A DNA stretch of 64,000 bases from contig JBHGNT010000001.1 in assembly GCA_043228905.1 (NCBI GenBank), forward strand, positions 35,402,001 through 35,466,000, read 5' to 3'. Of the stretch, positions 39,301 through 51,400 are shown piece by piece; position 1 is the first letter of the stretch, and each line of letters begins with the position of its first letter. Origin of the DNA: Azolla caroliniana. Its lineage: Eukaryota > Plantae > Polypodiophyta. A program made the translations under genes and the position numbers. The notes beneath the pieces are model-generated. The model was given only the letters and a program-made list of their open reading frames with translations. It made no database searches and was not told the origin of the DNA.

Positions 39301-42300
39301 GGGCCTACGTGCATGGCAAATTGCCATTGCCCAATCAATCGTAACCCCTTTGTTATATCCTGGTCTGGATTCCATTTCTGTATCTTGGGGTTGACTTCTA
39401 GCATTAGGAGTGATGGAGCTAAAGAAAGTTGTGATTGTTCTTTGTGGATGAGCTTGTGTGGCTGTATTCTTCAACAACTTTTCCCGATGTCTCTTGAGCT
39501 CGAGCAAGAAAAGTCCTAGGCATCTTTGGTCCTCATATTCCATTACCTTGCGTAATGGGCCAAAGCCTTGTTTAAAGAGGCAATGGTATCTCCCTTTGAG
39601 GCAAGGAAGAAGGAAAGATATATTAATGTATTTTAAGAGACCAAAATGGCCTATAAGACCAAACAAGAGATTACGAAAGAGGTTTGGGATACCTATTTGA
39701 GGCATTGATTGATGCGAAAGACAAATTTATTGTCCATATATTGACTGTCAAATCCTTTTCTTGTGATCCTGAATTTTGGAAGAGAATTTGCATTCTTGAA
39801 CTTGGGAGCCATCCAAAGATTGTGCTTTATCAGAAAATGGATCAAAATGATCTTTATCTAAACAAAGCATGGAATCTATCATGAGATGATCATTAGAAGA
39901 AGTACGTCAACCTGGTCTCCATGTTTTGTAAAGATCTGCATATTACATACTAACTATAAATGAAGTTTTTTCATTCAATTGTGCTTGTAATGTGTACACG
40001 GGTGTTACTGGCATAACGCCTATTTCTTGTACAAATCCTTGTTTTCACGTTCACGATTTCCCTTCTTTTACATTTATGCTCATTCCATGTGCTTAAGCTT
40101 TTAGCTTGTGCTTATCAAGGTGTAAATATGCTTATGGATTTCTGAAGGCATAATGTTATGACAGTGGAAGGTGGCAGAAGTATGTGAGCAACTTGAAACA
40201 AACCTTGAACTACTTGGAGCCACTGCCATTGAAGACAAACTCCAGGTATACTGTTCTTTTTTTCTCTTAAAAGGTGTTATTATATCTTTCTTTCTTTCTT
40301 TCTTTTTAATGTTATCTCAATCTGCAGTAGATCTAGAAATAAAATTGGTCCTTTTTATTAATCTTTCCATCATGATGCTATAGGAAGGTGTACCCGAGGC
40401 AATTGCTTGCCTAAGGAAATCTGGGATAAATTTCTGGATGCTCACAGGTGACAAACTTGGGACAGCTGTTCAGATTGCATTGTTGTGTAACCTTATCTTA
40501 CCAGGTATTTCTACCCTTTGCGTTTTTTGTAATATTTCCCCACCAGTATGTATTTTTTTTCTTGAACTAAAAATTCGAGACATGGTCTGAGGAAGATAAT
40601 GTCATGTTAGTTTGCACAGCAACGGATATTTTGTTTCCTCAACTGTGCACATTGAGTTTTTCAAATAACTAGCAAGCTGAAATTATATTAAAATTATCAA
40701 TGGGGATGAGAATGAATTCATATCACGAACTATAGTAACGATAGCATTATTCAAGCAGGAAACTGTGTTAGGTTTTTTCTTCTCCAAAATGAGCCAACAT
40801 ATTATGATGCAATCTTTCATTTGGTCTAGTAAGACATTGTGGGCTCTTAAACATCATTAACATATCAGATATGATGTTTTTTTAGGTTTATTTTCATGCT
40901 TATTGTATCCTTGCCCAGATGTGGTCATTGAAAATGAAGATAACAGATTATGGTTGTGATAAAAAGCTTATCATCTTATCTTTTATGTGTAATGCAGAAT
41001 GATTTTGAGAACTTGTAATTCTTTTACTGAAAAAGGAATGATATTTTCTCTATACAGAACCCGAAGGGCAAGTCCTATATGTACAGGGTAGAAGTGAAGA
41101 GGATGTTGCAAGTAGCCTTGAAAGAGTTTTGAGGACAATGAGAATGACAAGTACAGAAATGAAGGTAATTAATACTATGGAAATTTGAGGCATTAGAGTG
41201 ATGGTAACACCCATGTTAGGAAGCCTGTATGTTTATCTATATTCTCCTTATTGTGACAGGATGTTGCTTTTGTAATTGATGGATGGGCCTTGGAGATTGC
41301 TTTGACTCATCATTATGTTTCGTTCTTAGAGCTGGCCATGCTTGCAAAGACTGCTATATGTTGTCGTGTAACTCCAACTCAAAAAGCGCAAGTTAGTGAT
41401 TCTATGACCAATGCTATAAAGAATTAGGATCAGACTTCAAGTTTCTCACTATTACTTGTGTTCACAGCTTGTACAGCTGCTAAAAAATTGTGATTATAGG
41501 ACACTTGCTATAGGTGATGGTGGAAATGATGTGAAAATGATACAAGAAGCTCATGTCGGAGTAGGCATCAGTGGTCAAGAGGGACTTCAAGCTGCAAGAG
41601 CTGCAGATTTTAGTTTTGGAAGTATGTATCTAGCACCTACCTATGTTGCCATGAATGACAATATAACGATTTTTCCATGTGGGGATGTTGCTAAAAAGAA
41701 ATGTGCATGTGAGTGAGGAAGAACTGGTATTAAATGGGTGAAAGAAGCTGTTGAACTGTCCTAAGCTTCAGCTATCCGATGGTCATCGATTGCATGCTGA
41801 AATTATTCAGGTCTAAGTATGGCTTACAGATTATGCTATGAATCAATGGATGCTGCCAGAAATTCTGGTGCTGTACGAAGAATGAGACTCACAAAATGGC
41901 AAACCTAACTTAGCTTTTGCCCATTTCTGTTAGTTTCAGGCTTGTTCCAATCCACCATCAAAAGATTGTGGATTGGAATTGAGATCTGGGTCAGAGGAAT
42001 TTCTTTGACTGATTGGGTAGATCAAGAAAACGGCAGTAGCAGCTGCAATGGGAGCGGAGTATGCAACAGTAATCGAAGGGCAAACCAGCTCTCTTGTCAG
42101 AACTAGTCCCTGTTCTATTTTCTTGCTTGCCAAGGGTGAATGATAGCATTGATCCTCTGGGTGCAGCATATCTTAGAAACACAAACAAGGGTTTCACTCT
42201 ATAGAGGAGTTAACGAAGATCTGTTCAAGTGACTGTATTCATTGACACATTCTGCTTACTTTCCATTTCCAGTGCAGACTGAGGATTCACACTTGTGACA

Positions 42301-45300
42301 CTAGAGATTTTGTAAGGACATTGTATTATTTTAAGTACTTGATTGAGTTAAAAGTCCAGCCCGAGCTATTATCAATGATATACCTCACTTCTTAGTATTT
42401 GCACTCAGATGGTCAATCCTTTAGAACAATTATGGTACATTACATTGTGGAAAGTACCCTTGATACTTTATGTGCTCTGCTTATTTCATTTGTGGACTAC
42501 AATGCTGGTAAATTAGATATCTCTATGTCAATTCAAAAACATCCCTATATGTTAACTCAAAAACGTGCAAATATACTGAATTACTGCCCAGTCCGTAGTT
42601 ACCACAACCTATCTTAGTTATCATATCCAAATATAGTGAATTATCCCAAGCTAGTATTGACGAATGTTGAAGAGGAATGCCATCTAATATTTTAATGTCA
42701 TTTCACAAACTGTGATATTAAGGCATCAAAAAGGAATTTACAGATTTCCTAAAGCCTTTGAAAAAACCCTCACCTGTGATTATTTTATTTTGTTGTTGGA
42801 TATAGCTGGCTTTAAAACGGTTAGTTTGAGTTAATACTGAACTCAAACTAATGAGTAGAACCCAAGACATGAAGTTAGAAAACAGTGAGGATAGTACTCT
42901 TCCATTTAGATATGTGCAGATGCAGGAGCTAGCAAGTTTTTCCATCCTAGAGAGATAATGTACCTCTGGTGATACATTACAGTTATTTTCTATAGAGCTG
43001 TTCAAAAGTATTCATGTTATAGCATGCCAGACTCCAGTCATCACGTATAACTCTATTTCCAGACATGAAGGTGTTCTTCTATTTAGTTATACTCTTCAGA
43101 CACTAGCTATTGTTTTCACTTGAGTTACTTGTTTGGGTTTTATGTGGCATATTTATTATGGCCAATCTACTCCCAAGTTCATCAATGCTTTCCATTTAGA
43201 TTTGAGGCGACCATGAGATTCATGCTATGGTTAAAGCTTTGCAGGATATTGAAGAACATAGTAATAGTTTCATCTCAGTTAGGAACTGGACAATTCATTG
43301 TAATTAACTTTTTTGGGGTTATCGTCCAAACCAAGGTTTTCTGCCAGCATTCATTGGGGCATGAATTTTTGCGTTTGAGAAGGTTGTTTTCCAGAAGAGC
43401 ATGTAAAAAATTTCGGGAGACAAATTGGATTAGTGCTAAGTGGCTGTCTAATGAAAAGTATTGAGTGCTTCATCAAATCATATCTATAATTATTTCCTTT
43501 TAAGAAGCTGTATATGCCATTGGTCCATGCAATATAATAACCATCTCCCAGTCAATAATGGGTTTTCAGAGGCTGTGGCTGCACAATTGTAGCAAAACAA
43601 GGATGCCCACTATCATCCACTCGTCTGTCTATATATACATGAGGTATCACACTACATAAAGAGATTCTGAGGTTCAGAAGCATGCCTAGTGACTATAGTA
43701 TATAAATATGTTATATACTTATGATATTGTGCTGATCCCTGACTCCCTAGAGGGACTACAAAGACATCTAAATGCCTTAAAATCATTTTATATGGACAAA
43801 GTTTGTTAGTAAACGTAGGTAAAACTAAAGTAATGGTGAACCAGAATTCTTCTTGGAAGAGGAAAAGGTGGTATACACACCATCGTACACATACCTAGGA
43901 GTAACATTCATAGGACCTCAGTTCTCCCTCAGTTCTCCTTACGAGAGGCCAATTGTGCTTGACTTTTACGTGGATATGCAGCCTTTGGTGCACACATTCA
44001 ATTCCAAGAACCAGCATCTGCATTCTGGCGATTTAATATACTTGTCACACCGACTCTTCTCTACGGACTAGAAACATGGAGCCCGAGTTTTAACAAGGAA
44101 TATAACTGGAAAGATTTGGGCAGAGCTTTAGACTCAATGTGCTGCATGACAAGGGGTAAAGCATGGGTGCCCCATGATATAATCTGCGTAGTGATGGTAG
44201 CAGCCCTTTTTATGATCGAAGGGATTATTCCTATCAGTGGCCTGTATCCAAAGGCTTCTCCCTAAAGGAAGGTTCACAAGGTTGGCACTTATTTCATCAA
44301 AACAACTTGCTGAACATGGAGACATTCATTGTTGGTATGCTGAAATGCAACTATGGTTCGAGTCACATGGCATCATTGTAAATGCACTACTGCCGTTTTC
44401 AATATCGCTTGGATTGTTCGCATCTAAACATGCCACAGTGGAAAAGAATATATTGATTTCAATAGGGGAAAAGTTGGTGAAAGATAACATTACAGCCACT
44501 CAGGCTCATCAACTAAGAACAATCACAACTTTCTTTAGCCCCATCATTCCTATTCATTCTACAAGTCAATCAGGGGCTACAAAAATGGGTTCTTGACCAG
44601 GACATAATAAAGAAGTTGCAATAGGTCAGGAAATAGCAATTTATTGTGGCCCCGGCCCCATGGACCACAATCTCACCACCCTTGTCATCGACAAATAAAG
44701 GCCATTATCTCCCACCGTCGCTGGTGCTTCCCTGCTTCAGAGACCTCAACCTATGCTTGAAATCTTTCAAAGGCAAAAATTACAATATATCTGACTTGAA
44801 AATCACACATGTATTGATGACAAGATTCTTTTTTTACTAAGTAACATTTATTTATTTAGATTTGTTGTTCTCAACAACGAGACAACACTTAAAATGTAAT
44901 CTCTTATTCGGTCTTATAGATGTTAATATATATCTTTCTGGTGAAAGATGTTGGAGGTATTTTCACTGTTTTTAACATTCATGACTGTGTAGACGATTCT
45001 ATCTATGATGTATATCATTCATTTTGTTATGTTTTTTGTACTCTAAATGCCTGTGTGAAATTCCTCGTTTAAATGTATGCTTAATACATTCTCATAAATG
45101 ATTTTTCAGAGTTCAAATTTTTGAAAAGGCTAATTCTTGTCCATGGAAGATACTCATATAATCGAATTGCCTTCTTGGCACAGTATTCGATCTACAAATC
45201 ACTACTCTTGTGCTTCATTCAAATACTGTGAGTCGAGGAATCTATCTCTCATCTTTCAGTGATATTTGTTTCAAATAATTGTTGGCATGGTATTCATAAA

Positions 45301-46833
45301 CATTTCTGATGCAATGGCTTTCTGGTCAAAGGTTTTCTTTTGTTTCAGGTGTTTCTGGAACAAGTTTATTTGATTCTCTTAGCCTCATGGCATACAATGT
45401 TGTATACACTAGCATTCCAGTAATGGTAAATTCACTTGATAAAGATCTTAATGAGAGGACAGTACTACAGCATCCAGAGATCCTATATTATTGTCAAGCA
45501 GGAAGGTGCGTTGCTGTGATTTTACAGAAGCAGCTTAACTGTGAAGAATATACTGATTCACTTGCAGATAACATTCTTTGGACGTGTGTAGATTGATAAA
45601 CCCAAGTACTTTTGCAGGGTGGTTTGGACGCTCTCTTTTCCATGTAAGTGTTGTGAAGGTGCTGCAAGTTTTGTAGTTGTTTCATCAGGAATTAAGTTTG
45701 TTTCTATATAAGAAACTTAAATATAATGTAATCTGGGTATTAATATAAGCATGTTTACATGTTGAGGTGACAGGCTTTAGTTGTGTTCCTAGTAACAATC
45801 CATGTCTATGACCGAAGTGATATTGACAGACTAAATATGGTAGCCTTGTCTGGATGCATTTGCTTACAGGCGTTCGTAGTTGCTATGGAAACCAGGTAAG
45901 CCATATATGATTTTCTGAATGCTTCTCGCTTTTGCGATTTTAAGTCTGCTTGTATGATAACTGACCTTCATCGTCCTTGACTATTTCAGATCTTTTACAA
46001 TCTTTCAGCATGTAGCCATTTGGGGGAACCTTTTGGCATTCTATATTATAAATTTTGGCGTTAGTCTGTTACCATGGAGCAGATTACATATGATAATGTT
46101 TCAATTGTGCAGGGAAAGGATGTACTGGCTGTGCATTCTGGTAAGATGACTGTTTTTTTACTGTGAACATCAACTTTCTACTTGATTTGCTATACATTTC
46201 CTATCTTGGATTGGCTCAAATGCAAATCAAGAAGTTTCAGTCATCTAAGTTTAGAATATGAAGGGTTTAGTATCTAAGAAGATTCTCTGGTATCATAGAT
46301 TTACTGTTGCTATATTTATCTTGGTTTGTTCTTCTTAAAGGCGAGACAGCTTTGGTATCATATTCCATCGTGGCCTCTAAGTTACATTAATCTTTCTTGA
46401 TTTCTTTTCTCTATCAGAACTCTGTCTAATTTGTGTTTATATGCCCATTTCGTTACCAATTGATTCCATGACAGGATTGAGAAACATGATACATTCTAAA
46501 TTGCCTACTCTCTTTTGGCAGCTTATAGTTGTCGTGGGCATAGGACCTCTATTAGTACTAAAATACTATCGATTCACTTACCGTCCAAGTGCCATAAACA
46601 TTCTGCAGCAGTTGGAGCATTCACAGCTATCCTCTCACGGAGATTTATATTCAGCCACTAGTGACCTAGAGGGTATGCCCTTAAATTTTACCTGTGTAAA
46701 GAACATAGAACAGGATTCAGTCTACCAACCTTTACTTACTAATACAGTGAATGCTGCTGTCTGGAAAGAAACAACCCCAAGCTCACTTTGGGGAGTATCA
46801 CCAAGCAACAATGTCCGGACAAAGCATATGTAA
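30352..46833 (+). CDS. ALA2: Phospholipid-transporting P4-type ATPase (flippase), ALA2-like, about 1090 aa
   Basis: 24 exons: 30352-30476, 30985-31198, 31286-31402, 32396-32488, 32604-32778, 34498-34664, 34765-34869, 34939-35036, 36579-36706 (or 36724), 36831-36927, 37032-37141, 37224-37388, 37533-37687, 40165-40245, 40384-40504, 41058-41164, 41260-41391, 41468-41621, 45110-45227, 45332-45505, 45592-45643, 45774-45895, 45990-46140, 46522-46833 (3273 nt, in frame). Motifs: [44 protein letters not shown]. The N-terminus MKRAVYIDD...[28 protein letters not shown] is ALA2-type. Confidence 0.96.
33041..34230 (-). mobile_element. Older, longer copy of the non-L1 LINE family (ORF2 C-terminal region plus 3' UTR)
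   Basis: Minus-strand fragments read [11 protein letters not shown] (about 33853..33820), [13 protein letters not shown] (33619..33581) and [25 protein letters not shown]. The 3' end resembles the other copies. Confidence 0.75.
35730..36205. repeat. Diverged tandem repeat of about 190-210 bp, about 2.5 copies, in ALA2 intron 8
   Basis: AAATAGATTGTG at 35747, 35934 and 36145. TTTCAAGATC(C/T)ACTTTAAAA and TGGAATTA also recur. Confidence 0.75.
38398..38447 (+). mobile_element. Very short 3'-end copy of the LINE family
   Basis: GGGCCAATTTTGGTCTTAGAAGACGTTAATATATCTTTCTTTCTTTCTC is close to the reverse complement of 38940..38990. Confidence 0.7.
38932..39600 (-). mobile_element. 5'-truncated copy of the non-L1 LINE family (end of ORF2, 3' UTR, (TTTC)n tail)
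   Basis: Minus-strand ORF text [42 protein letters not shown]. The tail appears as (GAAA)n at 38934..38955. Homologous to 18340..18870 and 44460..44938. Confidence 0.85.
39603..39675 (-). mobile_element. Second short 3'-end copy directly abutting the previous element
   Basis: AAGGAAGAAGGAAAGATATATTAATGTATTTTAAGAGACCAAAATGGCCTATAAGACCAAACAAGAGATTAC is a near duplicate of 38940..39012. Confidence 0.8.
43715..44938 (+). mobile_element. Non-L1 LINE remnant running from the RT C-terminal motifs to the 3' end
   Basis: Fragments read [23 protein letters not shown] (after the YADD-like box), [18 protein letters not shown] and [14 protein letters not shown]. It has frameshifts and an internal deletion. 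The 3' part matches the other copies. Confidence 0.85.
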
Positions 46834-47809
46834 TTTATCTTCAGTCTATGCAGAAATTGTATGATATAAGCTACAGTGTTCTTCTAGAAAGGAAGTGCAA
46901 TTTAATTGATTTGTTTGCCATTTTCTTAGATTGAGCTTAATTTTGCAATTCAGCTAAAATCTTCCCAGGAAATTGATACTGGTGGACAGAAAATGCATCT
47001 GATAATAATTTCACTTGCAATATCCGATCCAGCATTGATGTATTAATGGCAGAACTACTCCACAGGAGTTAAGGAATATGCAAATTCAAAGCTTTTTACA
47101 AACATGAGAAGCGTTAAATTAGGTAGCATGCAAGGTCCAAGTATATTCCTAATTTGGCATTGGTTGATTAAAGACAAAGACCCCGGAGAGAGTTTCAGAA
47201 ACATTTTCATTATATCTAATGATAAATTGTTGGATAAGACCCCATACATTAATGTATGTGCATGTCTAATGAATAGCAAATGTATTCAGGTATTTTATCT
47301 CAGAAGTACATGTCAAATAGGAAGAAATATTTTATCTTTTCCAGTGACATAATAAATTTCTTGTATGAAAATTATCTTACCTGTCTTGCGTTTTCGTTGT
47401 CCAATATACAATATAAGCAAGAAAATGGTTTGTAGTTATTTAGCTAGATCTTTGTTATTGTACACACTTATCAGCAGGGGAAAAAGTTATGGTGATAAAT
47501 GTTTCAATTATGAGCAAAGACTTCTTAGCTAGGTCCTTTTTGGAATTATCAGCATGGAAAAAAATTATGGCGATAAATGTTTCTTATAAGCAAAGACTTC
47601 TTAGGTAGGTCTTTTTTTGACAGCATAAAGTTTGCAACATTCTTAACTTTGTGTACCATGTACATCCTTGTTACCACCTTGCATTGTGGACGTCTTTTGT
47701 GGAGTGATTAAATTTTTATAAGCAAGAAAAACATTTTTTATGGTGATAATTTATCAATATTTCTTTATCATGAGTAAAGACTTATTGGCTAGGTCTTTTT
47801 TAGAGGGAT

Positions 47810-47978
47810 AAATGAGAGCCTGGACAGATTTCTAATTCAAGGAAATGAAAAGTAATATGCCCATGTTAGTCTACACATTAGACTGCATTCGATTAAATGA
47901 GAGCCTAGATAGCTTTCTAATTCAAGGAAATGAAAAGTAATATGCCCATGTTAGCCTACACATTAGACTGCATTCGAT
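47810..47978. repeat. 85-bp tandem duplication between the convergent ALA2 and F-box genes
   Basis: AAATGAGAGCCT...TTAGACTGCATTCGAT starts at 47810 and 47895. A looser repeat (GCAAAGACTTCTTAG.TAGGTC) lies at 47460..47800. Confidence 0.92.
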
Positions 47979-48489
47979 GCAATTGCATCAACAAAATGAA
48001 CTTAACCCACAGACCACATTTTTTACATGACTTGCTACAAAAATATTTCCCCAGCTTTAACATAGCAGTATGGTACTCATATATTGATGTCTACCTCAGT
48101 TGTTGACAATGGAGTCACACCACCCATGTGAGTTCTTCAATGCAATACCAGAGAAGACGAAGTATAATACTCTTGTGGCTTAAGTTCCTTGTTGCTGTAC
48201 TCACAGTAATAAAGATAGTAGCATGGGACATTGTAATCTTGTCTTTTATTACATTTTGATAGATACCTCTATGGAAGAAAAAAGAGAATCCCTCTTGCAT
48301 TGGTGATACGATGTTGACTGAAATAGTTTTGAAGAACTTACAGATATCTTAATACAAAACTTGGACCCATGAATATGAATAAAATTTTATTCCGCCTCCA
48401 AACAATTCTCTTACAAGTTCTCTCAACTATAAGAAAGCATCCATGGAGTGAACTTGTAAGAGAACTGTAAGAAAGCATCCATGGAGTGA

Positions 48490-51400
48490 TTAATGCACAT
48501 CAAAGTTTGTCGCCCAGAATCTCGATGAGTCATCCCCAGAGACCTCCACTAGTGCATCCTGAACAGTAGAAAGGGCACAGTTTGAGAAGTCTCGGTAATG
48601 AATAAGCCCATCTGAAGTTGCAGTGGCAATGACTGTTCCCTTAACAGTCAATGCCGTCAGGCCACAATCAATGCTCAGTGCATCTCCAAATGTATTCAAT
48701 CGGTCGCCTATTACAGCATCCCACACATACACCTCAGAATCTCTAGATCCTCCTGTCACCACCTTGTACTTGTCCACAAATACAAAATCAACATCCCCCA
48801 TATGCTTTCCTAGGACTGCATACGGCTCCCGTAGACTACGAATATCCCAAAGCTTAGCAATTCTAGGAGCACAGAGAATTACAAAGAATTGCTCAACTCC
48901 ATGTATTAGACAAAGAAAACCTAAACTTTATGCATAGAAATGGATTATAAACTGAACATGGTTAACTTACTTTTCTCCGCCTCCTGTACAGATTATTTCA
49001 CCACAAGGAGATATGGCAAAGCTGAGAATCCCTGATTCATGAGCCAAAACAGATGACACAGCTGACATGGAACGGAAATCGGAAAGCATGAAACCAGAAC
49101 CCCCAGCATAATAGCATGTTGATCCTTTACAAACTAGGGCTACAGGCACACCCGGAATTTTAATTGATCTAATCAATCCTCCTGTTGTTGCATTCCAGAC
49201 CCGCATCTACGCAATTTACTATACTAAGTGTGAGGCTAAACTTTCGAAGCAGCCTCAGAAAACAGTAAATTACAAGTTTCAGTACCTTCAAATCCTTCGC
49301 AGCACTGACCAACAAAGATGGGTTATACCTGTTCAACAATGTGCAAGTTGAGTATTCCTTATCAAGGTCATATTATCAAATAGTCCAAATTTTCTTACTC
49401 TGGCACTACAAGCTGTTTGATTGCAAGCCCATGAGCATGAAGTGTTTTTTTAAGAGGCTGCCCCCGCTTTTGGCCTGAAGCAAGTGCCCATAGTCGAATG
49501 GTACCATCAATCCCACCACTCGCAAGAGTAGGTGATCCATCCTGAACTCCTAATAGGCTATCACTGAGGGTTGTGACAGGACCAACATGACCACGAAATG
49601 TACGTAGAGCATTACCCTGCCTCACATCCCAAATAAGCTTAGCTGCTGCAGTGCAGTTGCATGTGAAACAATGCCAATAAGAACAGATCTGAGCGCATTT
49701 TTTGCATAAGAAACATGTTAATTTATAGAAGAATACTTACATTATGCCAAAGTCGTACGGTGTGATCCATGCTTGATGTTATGAGCAAATTGTCGACTCC
49801 GTCACTCTTACCTTGAGATGCAAAGCCTGTTGCTGGCACCAATCTACCAAACACACAAGCATGCAAATTAAACCTGCATTTCAGTATCATTTCTTTTATG
49901 CCAGTGTACAATTATGTGATTCCCATGACTACAACAACAATAGAAAATCATAATTTTCTTATTAATTGATTTAACTATTTCATGCATGTGGTTAATTTAC
50001 CATGGATACTATGAATTATTTGAAAAGCTGTAGAATGTCAAGATGCCAAAGTAGAATGTGGTTGCCATGGTTTCTACTATGGTGGGAGTTGATCGAGTCT
50101 TAGAAATATTGGCAGAAATTTGCAATGTTACCTACTATTACAAGCATGATTTAGGATAGTAGATTATGTGCCACTAACCCCATGGCCTTGGGAGCATAAT
50201 GATATTTCATGCCATGAATACTTGAGAAGATTAGGAAGAAGTACATGCAAGTGGAAATATTCCCAATTGTTGAAAGTAAAACACTTGCTCTCCTAGGGAC
50301 TCATACACCATGGAGATTGAACATTTTCAACTTACATGTGTTGTACATGAACTACCTCCCACTTAAATAATTGAATTGATTGCCCAAAACCATCACAGTT
50401 GCACAATACTTGCAACATTATATCTCAGTCTTAGAAAAATTTGATTTGGAAATTGGAGAGTTTCATTTCCGTAGATAGCTGTGGATGCTTTACTGGTGCT
50501 ATTCAAGATATACTTTCAGTTTAACCTTGGTATCAGCTAGAAGAAAGAGATGAAACACATAAAAATGTACAAGAAAAGCCACACATCACAGCAAACTAAT
50601 GAGACTTGGCATGCATTTGATAAATTATAGCCTCATACAGCAGCACAAAATGGTATATGTACAGTTTCATTTCAGTAGATAGTTGTGAATGCCTTACTGG
50701 TACTATTCAAGATATACTTTCAGCTAACCTTACTATCAGCTAGAAGAAAGAACCAAAACACATAAAAATGCACAAGAAGAACCACACATGACGGCAAACT
50801 AATGAGACTTGACATGCATTTGACAAATTATAGTCTCATACAGCAACAGAAAATGGTATATATACACTTTCATTTCAGTAGATAGCTGTGGTTGCCTTAT
50901 TGGTACTATTCAATATATACTTTCAGCTTAACTTTGATATCAGCAAGAAGAAAGTGTCAAAACACATAAAAATGCACAAGAGGAACCATGCATCCATCAT
51001 AGCAAACTCATGAGCCTTGACATGCATTTGACATATTATAGCCACATACAGCAACACAAAATGGTATATGTACAGTTCAAGATGTGATTGACATAAATGG
51101 AAATATCTTAACATTCCCTAAAGTCAAAAGATTCTGTGACATGGGCATGCCTTACATTCCTCTTTGTTCATAGACTACAGTTCGAGCATTTTATGGCCTT
51201 TGGATCTTTTCCCTCTTGACGCTGAAGTTATCCATTATCGAAACCAAAAACATGCAGAATCAGCTGACAAATATCAAAAAACTTTATTCAGCATAGTAGC
51301 TTTAATGTCAGTCATCTAATTCTGCTTGCTTCTTTTCTGCAATACTTAATGACCAGCCTGCAGGAAAGTTGACAACTCCAGTTGTCATGATTGTAATGAT

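Noticed and set aside
39163-39705. ORFs of 118-171 aa (and the similar 18294..18674 and 44237..44596) as nested genes
   Set aside because: They are read-throughs of LINE ORF2 ends and 3' UTRs.
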